The notes beneath the pieces are model-generated. The model ran no database searches. It was not told the DNA's origin and was given only the letters and a program-made list of their open reading frames with translations. Position numbers and translations under genes: made by a program. A stretch of 63,964 bases of DNA, filler included, from Stramenopiles sp. TOSAG23-2 (Eukaryota), in NCBI GenBank assembly GCA_900128395.1. It is 4 parts of 4 records of this genome, joined end to end, with 100 filler letters (N's around TTAATTAATTAA, not from the genome) between each part and the next. Parts side by side here need not be neighbours in the genome. Positions count along the whole stretch, not along the records: positions 1 to 16,326 come from LT649681.1; positions 16,427 to 32,714 come from LT649682.1; 2 more parts are not named here. One strand, written 5' to 3'. Numbering within the stretch: the first letter of the stretch is position 1; every line of letters starts with the position of its first letter. Shown here piece after piece: positions 11,587-25,302 of the stretch.

Positions 11587-14500
11587 TCACCTACGTTTCT
11601 TACGTTTTCTCTTCCCACTATTACCACCACCACCACCATCACGACTTCCACCACCACCACCACCATCCATCATCATCATGTTCCCACCACCACTACTTCC
11701 ACTACCTTTTTCCATCACATTATTACCATTACTACCAGCAATCACTGCCTCACCACGATGATCAACATCGAATGGAATACTAGCTTCTACATGTGCAACG
11801 ATTTTACGTAATTTATCACGCAATTCCCTGGCATATCGTGTCACAGCACTGCCATTGGCATTGAATTTAAGCGCAGCTTCGTAAATAGCATCGATATCCC
11901 GCACAATAGCTTTGTACGATCGGTAATATCCATTTTTCAACCTTGATTTGNNNNNNNNNNNNNNNNNNNNNNNNNNNNNNNNNNNNNNNNNNNNNNNNNN
12001 NNNNNNNNNNNNNNNNNNNNNNNNNNNNNNNNNNNNNNNNNNNNNNNNNNNNNNNNNNNNNNNNNNNNNNNNNNNNNNNNNNNNNNNNNNNNNNNNNNNN
12101 NNNNNNNNNNNNNNNNNNNNNNNNNNNNNNNNNNNNNNNNNNNNNNNNNNNNNNNNNNNNNNNNNNNNNNNNNNNNNNNNNNNNNNNNNNNNNNNNNNNN
12201 NNNNNNNNNNNNNNNNNNNNNNNNNNNNNNNNNNNNNNNNNNNNNNNNNNNNNNNNNNNNNNNNNNNNNNNNNNNNNNNNNNNNNNNNNNNNNNNNNNNN
12301 NNNNNNNNNNNNNNNNNNNNNNNNNNNNNNNNNNNNNNNNNNNNNNNNNNNNNNNNNNNNNNNNNNNNNNNNNNNNNNNNNNNNNNNNNNNNNNNNNNNN
12401 NNNNNNNNNNNNNNNNNNNNNNNNNNNNNNNNNNNNNNNNNNNNNNNNNNNNNNNNNNNNNNNNNNNNNNNNNNNNNNNNNNNNNNNNNNNNNNNNNNNN
12501 NNNNNNNNNNNNNNNNNNNNNNNNNNNNNNNNNNNNNNNNNNNNNNNNNNNNNNNNNNNNGCACTGCCATTGGCATTGAATTTAAGCGCAGCTTCGTAAA
12601 TAGCATCGATATCCCGCACAATAGCTTTGTACGATCGGTAATATCCATTTTTCAACCTTGATTTGATCAAATTTAACCAACATGGATATGCAACGGTTAA
12701 TTCATACGAGGGAAATATCGTATTATCGACACGATCGACAAATAATTCAAATTTTTCAATGTCAATGATAGAATCGACCCCTTCGACTAGACGTTTCAAT
12801 TGCGTGCCTTTCCTTAATAAACCGGATTTATTACTACCATTGTTTTCCAATACGATTTCCCATGGTGAGACGTATTCAACTTCATTCGTATCAAATCGAA
12901 CACGCAAAGAAGAATATGGAGAATGCACATATATTTTATCTTTCGCGGAACGTCCTTCCACCGCTGCTCTATATACCGCTTCTGTATATGGTATATGTAC
13001 CGTAGCGCCAATTAATCCTAAATTACTATCGATTGATTTGAAAAAACGTTTCGCCAATACTAGAAAATCAGGTTCGCCAACTTCACCAACATATACATGG
13101 AAGGAAAATGGAGATGGCAAGATACGGCGATGGATGCCATTCACATACTTCGTAGGCCGCCTACCACCAACTAGGGCTTCCATGGCTCTTAAATCAACTT
13201 TGCATAATATAGATTGTGTGCCACGATCGACAGAGGGAGGAAATTGATATTCCACTGATAAGACTTTACAAACCATACCCCAATGCCCATTCCATTTTGG
13301 ATGAGTCCATGGTTGAGATGCATTAGGAACTTGTTCATTATGAACTTTATGAGCTTGGGTTAAATATACAACAGTATCTCCAACTTGTGGTACGTATAAA
13401 ACAGGTGAATTTTGATCATATGGTGCTTCTTGCAAAAGCCATTCCCGTGTACTACTACTAGAGTTACCATTAGCACGTCGTGATGATGAATGGTTACGTC
13501 CATTATTATTATTACTACTACTACTATTATTCCCACCATCATAATTGCTATTTGTATTATTTTTTTTCTTTATCATGGATGCATAACGTTTACGAATATT
13601 AAAACCACCAATACCTTCTTGGTATTTATTTTTCAAACTAGCCATTCTACGTTTTACATAATTTTTATTAATATGACGAATTGGTGGTTGTAAATTTAAT
13701 AATTTTTTTGCTTCGTTAATTTCATTTTGAACAACATCTTCGTTCAATGGCTTTGGACCGTCACTTAAACAATTCATTTGTAAAATTTGCTCATCTGTAA
13801 TTTCAACAGAAGCAGTTTGTAATATATTTGGGCGATATGGCAATGGTTGCGTAACATGCAATGATGTATCTGCTGCAATCAACGCATTGTTGTGCGGTGG
13901 AATAAGCCATGGAGCTAAATTATAATCGGTATCTTGACACCATCCTTCATCATCATGTTCCAATGGATGATAATCTTGTGTCATATATTGTTCCTCTGGC
14001 ACATTATTGTAATTATTTCCTGGAAGTGTAAAACTCCATTTCATCATGTTATTAGAGTTGCTGCTTGATGCAGTATTTTTCAACTCCCTGCTGCTGCTGC
14101 TGCTGCTGTTGCTGTTATTATTATTATTATTTGCAGAGGATGCATTGTTAAACATTGGATTGTTGTTTTCCGATACATATGTATCATCATCGATCAAAAT
14201 ATCGTGATCGTTATCTTTTTCATGTGACATTTTCATAGCGGAAAATAACGAATCATATGTAATATCAGATGGCAAGCGTAATAAATCTTTCTCATTTTCA
14301 CCTTCATGATGATTCAACGCTCTATCTACATCTAATTTCTCGCCAAAGCAACCAAATACAAGCAAACGGCCATTTCCATCAGTACAATACATTGTTTTGC
14401 CATCATGGCCAAATTTCCCATCCAATATAGTCATTGCTTGCCCTGGAACACCACGTGGTATACCAGCTCGAGTTGGACGAAATTTATTTACGTATTTGTA

Positions 14501-16326
14501 CAAAATAGTACCGGTAAAAATATCAGAAATGACGGTGGTACCATCCCACCCAGCAGTAAATAAAATACGTGGATCGTATGGATGCGTCTCCATGGTATAA
14601 ATAGGCTTTGTATGCGGATACAACGTTTGTAAACGTTCTCCCGTGTAACCATCCCATACGACAATTGCAGTTTCAAATATTTTTTCATTATCCGGAACTT
14701 TTTCATCTTCCAAGAACGATTGTGCAGATATAACACGCGAGTCGCAAATGGACCAGACTCCTTTCGTAACAATTGGTACCTCGTTTTTTGCACCTCGTGC
14801 ACGATGCGATGTACCTTTTCCACCTAACGTTGTAGATGTATATGCTTTCACATCATGCGCTGCGGTAGTGTTGTTACCTTCATTGCCAGCTTGATTGTCA
14901 TGATTATCTTGATAAAATTCAATTCGTTTATGTGTAAATTCTTTCGTCGTTGGTTTCGTATACCCATCTTCATCAGGACGAAAGGTATAAACACGTAATA
15001 CATTGTGACGTGTAGTAGTTAAAAGTCGATCGCCCAAATTAGAAAATGCAATGTCCCAAATTCCTTTCATTACACCAAATAATTCTGTTATCAATGTCAC
15101 TACCACACTTTCACGATCGGATGAACGAAATTTGTATTTATGTGTAAAATCTTTCTTTGTTAAACGCAATGGGGATTCCTTCGTCTCAACACGCCATATT
15201 CTTGTTTTATAATCTTGTTGAGATCCAGTAGCAAAATAATGACCAGTTGGAGAAACGCCGACACAATTGACTGTGAGATAATAATGTAAGCAGATAGGTA
15301 GGTGAAGTCAAAAACGTAATGCGACAATACGATTGATCCATGGCGATACGAAAAATATATATATGTTAGTAAATTAACATATTTAAACGGATAGTGTGCT
15401 GCTTACGAAATATATATAATGTGTGTGGTTACTTACCGTCACATAAAACTTTATTTTTCCGCTCATCTACTAGAAAATGCTCTAATTCTGCAAATTGTAG
15501 CGGAGAATTATTATTATTAGCCAATGCTTCGGAGGACATTTGTTGTGCTAATGCTAGATTGGTATTTAATTGTTGTTGTTGTTGTTCCCAAATTGAAGAA
15601 CCTCGATCTACATCACCACTCTTTGTAGTATTGTAGTTGTTACTATTACCACCACCAGTTGCTGTTGTTGTTGTATCTATTCCTCCTCCACCTGGTGCAA
15701 TTTCATTCCAACAGGATGGATGCCATACCTTTGCTTTACCATCTTCTGAGACGGTTATTAAACATCCAGTGGCAACATCAAAATCCATACCATTTATTGC
15801 TTTTCGATGACCTTTTAATACAGCAACGGTTTCCCCGGTAGAGATGCTGCTAAATCGAATTTCATTTTGTGCACCCGTATCAGTAGCTACAATGTATTTA
15901 TTATGTATATCCACTTTCATTTCCGCAATTGCACCACGTTGTCCACGAAGTGTATATAACAACCGACCAGTATCAACGGACCAGCATTTGATCAAACCAT
16001 CATCTGCACCTGTTAATACATATTTTCCACTACGATCTAAACAACAATTATAAACCGGTTCACATAAATGCCCATTTAAAATTTTCAAGCAATTGAATCG
16101 ATTTTTAAAATAAAAAGATGTATCTGGCAATACGAACAAAGGTGACAATACGATCAAAGGTAGGTGGAGTTGAAGACGTATGTTAGTAATGCACATGTAT
16201 CAAATAATAGAATAAATCATGCGTATATATATATATATATATATGAGAAGAAGACATAAAGAGTATATATAATACATACCTTTATCTTTGTTGCGGCGTG
16301 AATCGATTGGATTTGGACGTGTCTTG
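11587..16326 (-). CDS. Bromodomain and WD40-repeat protein (BRWD/PHIP family), 5'-truncated
   Basis: Exons 16326-16280, 16123-15437 and 15270-11587 (after collapsing the false gap), with GT-AG introns preserving frame. It has WD40 repeats (LNGHLCEPVYNCCLDRSGKYVLTGADDGLIKCW), the family motif YVPQVGDTVVY, SPWE, and a bromodomain (YPCWLNLIKSRLKNGYYRS...AALKFN). Confidence 0.88.
11951..12560. other. Scaffold gap of 610 N, probably spurious
   Basis: The flanks 11846-11950 and 12561-12665 are an identical 105 bp. Merging them gives an uninterrupted bromodomain. Confidence 0.85.
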
Positions 16327-16426
16327 NNNNNNNNNNNNNNNNNNNNNNNNNNNNNNNNNNNNNNNNNNNNTTAATTAATTAANNNNNNNNNNNNNNNNNN
16401 NNNNNNNNNNNNNNNNNNNNNNNNNN
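16327..16426. other. Artificial contig linker
   Basis: 44N + TTAATTAATTAA (stops in all six frames) + 44N. Genes are truncated on both sides. Confidence 0.97.
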
Positions 16427-17463
16427 TGTGCTACATTACGAATCCAAATGACATGATTAAATATAGGTTGAGCTTGTGATGCAATATATACACCACCTCC
16501 ACCATATTGACTATTTGATTGTTTATTTTCTTGAAATGTACAATTATTAAATCTTGGGTTGGTATTAGAACTTTTGATATAAACACCACCACCAAAACCT
16601 GGTGCTTCATTACGAATCCAAATGACCTGATTAAATATAGGTTGAGCTCCTGATACAATATATACACCACCTCCACTATTTTTTGGTGCTTTATTTTCTT
16701 GAAATGTACAATTATTAAATGTTGGATTGGTATTAATATCTTGGATAAAAACACCACCACCAAGACCTTGTGCTACATTACGAATCCAAATGACATGATT
16801 AAATATAGGTCGAGCTTGTATTTCAATCCACACACCACCTCCACCACCATGACTATGTGATGCTTTATTTTCTTGAAATGTACAATTATTAAATCTTGGT
16901 TTGGTATTAGAATTTTTGATATAAACACCACCACCAACACCCTGTGCTACATTACGAATCCAAATGACCTGATTAAATATAGGTTGAGCTTGTGATCTAA
17001 TATATACACCACCTCCCCGATAAGCACTCCCATTAGAAATACTAAAATTACTCAATACAGTATTCAAACCTTCGCTTTCACTCATAAATGCAAATGCACG
17101 TTTTGTATGTTTACAATCATATATAACATTATCATTTCTAGTATTGTTAGCACCATGTATGAATATTCCACTAATAGCAGTATTTCCATCACGTTGTACA
17201 AATCTTATGCCACCGTAACTATGACTAGATATTACGGTTGTGATATTAGTATCACACGTATGAATACCTTTTAGCAATACAATTTCATCACCATTATTTG
17301 ATTCAAATATAGCAAATTGTGTAGTATTACAATAATTATTTCCTTCAACACCACATCCACGTATATCAGCACCTTGTCCATTTGCTGCAACTGTACGTAT
17401 GACTTTTGCACTCGAAGTACAGGACAACACAAACGTCAATATAATCATCAATTTCCAAAACAT
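16427..17463 (-). CDS. Secreted parallel beta-helix (pectin-lyase-like / Pmp-like) repeat protein, 3'-truncated
   Basis: Hydrophobic signal peptide MFWKLMIILTFVLSCTSSA, followed by ~58-60 aa tandem units GGGVYI..QAQPIFN.VIWIRN.A...GGGV.I...NT.P.FNNCTFQENK. Confidence 0.8.
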
Positions 17464-17903
17464 TTTTGTACACTATAATCAATGTTGCTACAACAAAACA
17501 ATGATTTCTTCTTCTTTTTCCAAGGATCTCTTTCTTCTATATATATACTAATTTTCTTACAACTAAGTTAAAAGGAATTCTCTCTGATGCATTCAGACTA
17601 AGACGGGGAAGAATTTTTTGATCAGATCTTAAGAGACAGAATCTGATCATGCAATGCTATTCCTATGTTAAATTCTAATTGCATCCATCATCCTAAAATT
17701 CTGGACCACAAGACCACCTGCCATTTTTTCATTTTTTTCCCACATATATTCCGAATTCCGAATAATAATAATATTGAATGATTGATCGAGAGCAATCCCA
17801 TTTAATACATGTACAAATATACAAACAGAGGGACACACAGGAAAACAAATATACAAACACAAGACACTACATAATTGTCAAACCTAATACACCATTTTGT
17901 AAG

Positions 17904-17939
<36 letters not shown>

Positions 17940-18073
17940 TAGTAATATATAAGATAATCATTACCTACGTATATATTTTTTTTAAATTTATTTATTAATT
18001 ATTATTATTAATTAATTATTATTTATATATAATATAATAAAATTAAAAAAAGACAAATATAATAAATATAAAT

Positions 18074-20233
18074 ATGGCAGGTGTTGTTGCAGTAGATGGT
18101 CAAGAAGTAAATCTTACATATGAACCACAATCACCAATGTCTAATCCATATCATCATTTGACAAAAGATGCAGATGCAAAGCCATTTGTCGTCGGTCTAG
18201 TTCAAGCAAGAATGGGTAGCACAAGATTGCCAGGTAAAGTATTATTACCTTTGCCAAAGGAAAATGGAATGCCAGTTTTATGGCACGACTTTAATCGTTT
18301 GAAAGCATGTAAAAATGTGGATAAATGGGTTTTAGCAACGTCTACTTGGCATACAGACACAGTTTTGGAAGAGTTTGCAAAAGAACATGGTATATTATGC
18401 TTTCGTGGTAGTGAAGGTGATTGTATGGAGCGTATTTTCACGGGGGCGATTGCCCATGGTGCAAAGCCTGGTGACTATATTTTGCGTATTACAAGTGATT
18501 GCCCTTTAATTGATGCAGGTCTTGTAGACCAAGGTGTGAAAGAATGTATCGAAGGGAATTATGATCAATTTGGTCTTTATGATCAATATCCTCGATCTAC
18601 GCAATATGCCGATGGCTTGGATTTTCAAGTATTTAGTTACAATGGATTTGCAAAAATGAATAAAGAAGCAATTGCAGCTCCAGATCGTGAACATGTTGGA
18701 CCATATATGATGGATAATCCAGACAAATTTCGTTTAGGTCATATGGAATTTCCAATTGTTAAGGCTAGAAATAGAAATTGGACATTGGATAATCCACCAG
18801 ATTATGAGTTTTTATCAGAAGTTTACAAGCACTTGTGGAAAGGTAAAGAAGCTACTGAACCTTTTTCAATATACGATTTAATGGATTTATTAGATCGTAA
18901 ACCTGAATTAAGTGATATTAATCATATACCATTTGAAAATCAAAATGAAGGTTTATTAAAATCGTATAGGAAAAAATTATTATCAGAAGGTATAAATTAT
19001 GAAGTTGCATTTAATAAGAGATTTGAGACAAGCAAGGAGATGCTACAAAAGGCAAATTTAGGAAACCGTGGTGAATTTTTTTTACCTGTAATGGCGTCAA
19101 AGAGTAATTGTTATGCCGTTGATGTAGATGGCAACGAATATATCGATCTTTCACTTTCCAATGGTATGATGTCATTTGGTCATGCATATGAATTTAACGA
19201 AGGTTTGAAATCATCTAATTCTAGATTATCATATAAAAATCATGGATTTGCTGATAAGATTTCTACTCTTTTAAAGGCAAATAGGTATAGCAAAAAAATA
19301 TTAAGTGCATTATCTAATTGTCAAGATTTAAACAAAGTTTCATATGCATCTTCGGCATACAATGCATTTAAATATATTTTTGCATCTCTTGATACAAGCG
19401 ATCGCTCAATAGTTTTAGTAGATCAAAATTCTGAATTTCATAAGAAACAAATTAATTTGATGATCCAAGGTTTTACATCTGTGTTTTTTAACAGTCAAAT
19501 CGATGGTGATTTAGAAGAAAAAATTACTGAAAATGATGGTAAAATATGTGCTGTTGTTTATGCACTTCTTGGCAAAACTGAGAAAGATGTCAATAATTGT
19601 CGTAAAGCATCAAGCTTAGCATCTTTACCTGGAAAATTGATTGCATTTATTGTTGATGAAATTCTTACAAGTGGTCGAGTAGCATTCCCATCTGTTGCTT
19701 GTGAAAATAATATTCGTTGTGATTTTCATGTATTGGGTCCTGCACTTGCTAATGGTCGTACGTTTTACCCGATTGGATGCAATGAAAATCTGTCTAAGGA
19801 TACAAGCAATGATATTGCTACTAATGCATATATGTTGGATTATGAAACTGCAGCTACTAATTTAACCTTCGAAGTTGCATCTTTGGCATTTGAATATTTT
19901 GAAAATAGATGTGTAATATTTAATTTGAATCGATTTTTAAAATCATTTACTTCAGGAATTAACTCTGCATTGATGATGCATAAAATGGAAAATCAAATAA
20001 AGGTAACACAATGTGCGGGAAGATTGACATTTGAATATATTAATGATTCTACTGATGAAAAAAATAAATTCAATAAAGTCATGCATGATGAACTTCTTGG
20101 TCGTGGGATATATCTTGAAGGGAATGTCATTTCAACTGCATTTTCAGTACATAATGATATTTTAGTACGATTTGCACTTGCTTTTGAATCAGCATTAGGG
20201 ATATATAAATCTAGTATAAATAGTAACATGTAA
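18074..20233 (+). CDS. SpsF-like cytidylyltransferase fused to a degenerate class-III (GSA-type) aminotransferase domain
   Basis: N-terminal VQARMGSTRLPGKVL, FRGSE.D, RITSDCPLID, REHV and WTLDNPPDY motifs match SpsF/CTP_transf_3. C-terminal DVDGNEYIDL, FGHA, IVDEILTSGR and LGPALANG match the class-III aminotransferase fold. Confidence 0.85.
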   Translation: MAGVVAVDGQEVNLTYEPQSPMSNPYHHLTKDADAKPFVVGLVQARMGSTRLPGKVLLPLPKENGMPVLWHDFNRLKACKNVDKWVLATSTWHTDTVLEEFAKEHGILCFRGSEGDCMERIFTGAIAHGAKPGDYILRITSDCPLIDAGLVDQGVKECIEGNYDQFGLYDQYPRSTQYADGLDFQVFSYNGFAKMNKEAIAAPDREHVGPYMMDNPDKFRLGHMEFPIVKARNRNWTLDNPPDYEFLSEVYKHLWKGKEATEPFSIYDLMDLLDRKPELSDINHIPFENQNEGLLKSYRKKLLSEGINYEVAFNKRFETSKEMLQKANLGNRGEFFLPVMASKSNCYAVDVDGNEYIDLSLSNGMMSFGHAYEFNEGLKSSNSRLSYKNHGFADKISTLLKANRYSKKILSALSNCQDLNKVSYASSAYNAFKYIFASLDTSDRSIVLVDQNSEFHKKQINLMIQGFTSVFFNSQIDGDLEEKITENDGKICAVVYALLGKTEKDVNNCRKASSLASLPGKLIAFIVDEILTSGRVAFPSVACENNIRCDFHVLGPALANGRTFYPIGCNENLSKDTSNDIATNAYMLDYETAATNLTFEVASLAFEYFENRCVIFNLNRFLKSFTSGINSALMMHKMENQIKVTQCAGRLTFEYINDSTDEKNKFNKVMHDELLGRGIYLEGNVISTAFSVHNDILVRFALAFESALGIYKSSINSNM

Positions 20234-20762
20234 ATATGATGGTTAAAATCTACGAAGTTATAATAATTTTACACTTCTCGTGTTAAGTAACATGTAAAGA
20301 TAATGTATAAAAAGAGAAAAGTTTTTTTATAAAAGTGTGTGCGTTTAAAAAAAATACGTAATTTGATATTAAATATTTAAATTATTTGAGATAAAAAAAA
20401 ATCAATTTTTTACGCTTTTATTTATATATATCATAAAAATCTAATACGAATTAAGTCAATAATTTAATTTTACGAGTACTTCCTGTGCTAAGTAATATGC
20501 TCAATACTCAATCGCAAGAATAATATTCTATCTCCTACTATTCGAATATATAGTAAAGCTCTAATGCACCCTCTGCAAACTAATACTCTACAAAAGCATG
20601 AGTATTTAATTTCGAACCACCGCTTTTAAAGAGTCATTAATATCTTTTTTGTCCAACACAATTTTGACATACTGCACTGGTTAAATAATACACGAGATTC
20701 TCGTATCATGATAATATAAAATATTTTTTCTACTTGTTACCCCCTCCTCCCTCCTCTTTTCT

Positions 20763-21410
20763 CTATTTAATTCGTACTGATCCGCCGGATAAAGTTATTT
20801 TTTTTTCTAACACAATTTGACATACTGCACATGACCATCGAAATAAAGCAATAGTCCCTTTTAAGCCTGTTTTTTCACCTTGCATCAATTCATTTTCATC
20901 AATTTTTGATAAATATCTATTAATACATGTTTTAACCGTTTTTTCATCAACCCATATTAAAGGGCCATCATCGTATATTCTCATAAAACGTACATCATCA
21001 AATGGGTGGTTTTGAAGCCAAATTCTTGCCGTTTCCCAACTAGGCACACCAGCTTCTCCACCTTCTACTAATAAAACTGCCGCCATGATAGTGTACCTAG
21101 TGTTATTTGTAGGCTTGCTTAGTTTCGAATATGTTAAAAAATCCAATTTTCGTTTTGGACGTAGTTTTTTTAATAAATTCATGCTTACAACTAATGGTGA
21201 TTGTTTATGTTTCCAATATTGTTTTTGAATCACTTTTACTTGTCTTTCTGGACTTTGTAAATATTGAGATTCTTTATCTATATTATCATTTATATACATT
21301 CGTAACAATTGCCTTATTCTTCTTACCTCTGCTATAGGATCACTTTTCACATCACTAGCATCATGTGGTAATTTTGATATATCTATAATATCTTGTACTG
21401 TCGTTGTCAT
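20763..21410 (-). CDS. Hypothetical protein with a dynein stalk/microtubule-binding-domain-like C-terminus
   Basis: First ATG at 21410. The pattern SKP..TIMAAVLL...SWETAR.WL...F..IYDD...YL...ALFRW.CAV resembles the dynein heavy chain MTBD by eye. Confidence 0.5.
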   Translation of the reverse strand: MTTTVQDIIDISKLPHDASDVKSDPIAEVRRIRQLLRMYINDNIDKESQYLQSPERQVKVIQKQYWKHKQSPLVVSMNLLKKLRPKRKLDFLTYSKLSKPTNNTRYTIMAAVLLVEGGEAGVPSWETARIWLQNHPFDDVRFMRIYDDGPLIWVDEKTVKTCINRYLSKIDENELMQGEKTGLKGTIALFRWSCAVCQIVLEKKITLSGGSVRIK

Positions 21411-21914
21411 GATGTCTATATGTCCTTGCCGATATATTTGTATGCGAAAACACAATAACGTGCACGTTTCAATTATATATTATCTATCTATACAATAATA
21501 AACCGATAATTCAATCTATCTATCAATCTATATATATATGTATGTATGTAACTTGCGATGCGAGAACTTTCCCCTCTAGAGTATATACAACATTATATTA
21601 TATATATATATCCATATTTTTTTATTTTCAAGTTTTTTTTTGGCTTCATATAGTGCTATTAACGTGCTACTGGGGATGCAATTTTTATTATTATATCATC
21701 TATCGGTTAATAAATAAAAAAAAATATTGGACATAAAATATATATATTCTTTTGGATATAGATAACTGCTTTTGCTGAAACATAGACACATCTTCTGTTG
21801 TTGTTGTTATTGTAGAATTACATTTCGTAGAATAAAAAGTATGTTTGTATAAGATACCAGTTTTGTATGTAGAGAATATATATATATATATATACATATA
21901 TACATACATACAAT

Positions 21915-22816
21915 ATGAAAATCAATGGAAAATATATATTAAGCAAAAAAAAACGTGAACGATGGAAAAAAGATGCATTGGATGCAGCAAAATTATATGA
22001 ACATCATGATGATGATGATCAAAACAAAGAAGAAAAATTAATAAATGAACGTATTAATGATGTTGATATATTGAAAACAATGTATTTGGAAGAAGAAATG
22101 AAACGAAACACGAAGAAAAAAAAATTATTAGAATATAGAGAAAAATATAAATTATTTCAAGGTCCGATGCAAGACCGCTGATCCTAAAAATTCCAAAGCA
22201 TCTATGACATCTGATGGTTCCATTTCACAGAGTACAATGGCACGTATTAAATTTCAATTGCAGGCACGAAAATTGTGGCGTGATGTTACTGGTGCGTCCA
22301 ACCGCTGATCCTAAAAATTCCAAAGCATCTATGACATCTGATGGTTCCATTTCACAGAGTACAATGGCACGTATTAAATTTCAATTGCAGGCACGAAAAT
22401 TGTGGCGTGATGTTACTGGTGCGTCCATTACATCAGAAGCAAAAAATAGATTATTGGCAAAGAAAAATAAAGAAGTACAAAAAAAGACAAAAACATTATT
22501 TCGAAAATCAAATCCATGTCCATTTGAATGTAAAAAATGTCTTACTGCATTTGTATTTGATTATGAATTGATACGACATAATGAAAATGAACCGGATTGT
22601 GATACTACAACGATTTATCATAAATTGCGGGAAGAAGCAATTGCAAAGGAAAAAGAAGATCAAATGAATGAAGCACAACGTAAAGTTGCAATAGATTTTA
22701 ATAATAAAGTAAAGCGTCTGGAGAAAGAAGAAAAAACAAAAGAACGAAGAGAGATACGTTTGGAAAGAGAGCATACATTAAAAATGCAGCAATTAAAAGA
22801 ACTTGAAGAGATTTAA
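21915..22816 (+). CDS. Coiled-coil protein with a C2H2/C2HC-like zinc finger; frame disrupted by a duplication
   Basis: ECKKCLTAFVFDYELIRHNENEPDC followed by an E/K-rich coil. An exact 127-bp tandem duplication (22174-22300 = 22301-22427) lies at the frame break. Confidence 0.55.
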
Positions 22817-23000
22817 AAAGTTTACACCCAGGTAGTGTGGTGGTGCGGTAGTGTATGGTAATCTGGTAGAGAGAGTGAGGAGGGCAATCGTTTTTAAAAT
22901 AAAAATATATATGTGAGTAAGAGAACATTTTATATATTTAAATATATCCATTTAGTCGGTTTTAAAAATTTTTGACAAAGTTATTGTTTATAAATTTTTT

Positions 23001-23320
23001 TATAAACTTTTATATAATTACAGCACGTTAAAATAGAAAAGCTATTTTCAAAAGGTGGGAACTATACACACACACACACACACTATTTATTGATTGTACA
23101 CACACTTAAAACTCGCGTTATGCAAAAACAAAACAAGAGATACTGATAATATATATGTATATATAAACTTTTATATAATTACAGCACGTTAAAATAGAAA
23201 AGCTATTTTCAAAAGGTGGGAACTATACACACACACACACACTATTTATTGATTGTACACACACTTAAAACTCGCGTTATGCAAAAACAAAACAAGAGAT
23301 ACTGATAATATATATGTATA
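23001..23320. repeat. Near-exact ~160-bp tandem duplication
   Basis: 23001-23161 and 23162-23320 differ only in the (AC)n tract (9 versus 8 units). Confidence 0.85.
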
Positions 23321-23435
23321 TATATATATAATTATTTCAATCTCCCGGTCTCTTGATTTTCTTTTTTTTTTCTTCTTCGAAAATAATAATACATAGCTTT
23401 CTTCTTCTTCTTTCCATATATAAAAATTATTAAGA

Positions 23436-24448
<1,013 letters not shown>

Positions 24449-25009
24449 GTTCTTTGATTAGTTCTTTTTTATTATTATTTTGTTTATGATTTATCAACTG
24501 TTTGGTTAAACGTATTTGATATATGTTTCCTACGTTTAGTCTTTGTTCTATATTTCGATTTTATATATTATATATGTTCATCTGCCTAAATTCACGCATA
24601 TATTATATGTATTTTAGCATCCCTTAATATTCATTGTTTCCAATACTGTATAGTTATATATTTCGATCTCATAAACATGTATTTAACCAGATTATATACG
24701 TGTGATATTCATTTCGAGTAGGTACATGGTCGGTTTGCAATGGTACGTCCATTGTAATCCTGACGTTCATTCATTTTTGTTGTTAAAATTGAAGATTAAC
24801 GATATAACGTAATGCTATTTCCATGCTAAACCCCTCCAACGATCTTCCATAAAATCAGTTAAAAAAAAAAAAAGATTTCGATGGTGGTTTTTAAGGTCAG
24901 AGGAGATGGGTTTGAATCGTAGATTATTTACCCCTATGCAGATTTGCTGGATATTCGTGTTCGGGATAGAGTTAGTAATGATACTTGCTGGTGTTGTACA
25001 ACTCCTCGA

Positions 25010-25302
25010 CCCTCGATCCTATTTTTGTACTCGGTATTATACTTCAAAATGTTGTACTACTCCTAGATCCTAAACAAAATATAATTTGTACTAAGTAGTA
25101 TACTTCAAAATGTTGTATACTCCTAGATCCTAAACAAATATAATTGGTACTAAGTAGTATACTTCAAAATGTTGTACTACTCCTAGATCCTAAACAAATA
25201 TAATTGGTACTAAGTAGTATACTTCAAAATGTTGTACTACTCCTAGATCCTAACTATGTTTTTATACTTGTTACTATACGTTTAATGTTGTTCTACTCCT
25301 AG
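25010..25302. repeat. ~60-bp minisatellite with 3 near-perfect copies and degenerate flanking copies
   Basis: Unit CTCCTAGATCCTAAACAAATATAATTGGTACTAAGTAGTATACTTCAAAATGTTGTACTA at ~25060, 25119 and 25180. Confidence 0.85.

Noticed and set aside
11943-12661. ORFs spanning the N run
   Set aside because: They are artefacts of translating Ns.
16371-16382. TTAATTAATTAA palindrome recurring at ~16-kb spacing (also 32759 and 49064)
   Set aside because: It is a synthetic six-frame-stop linker inside 44N pads. The spacing reflects size-sorted contigs.
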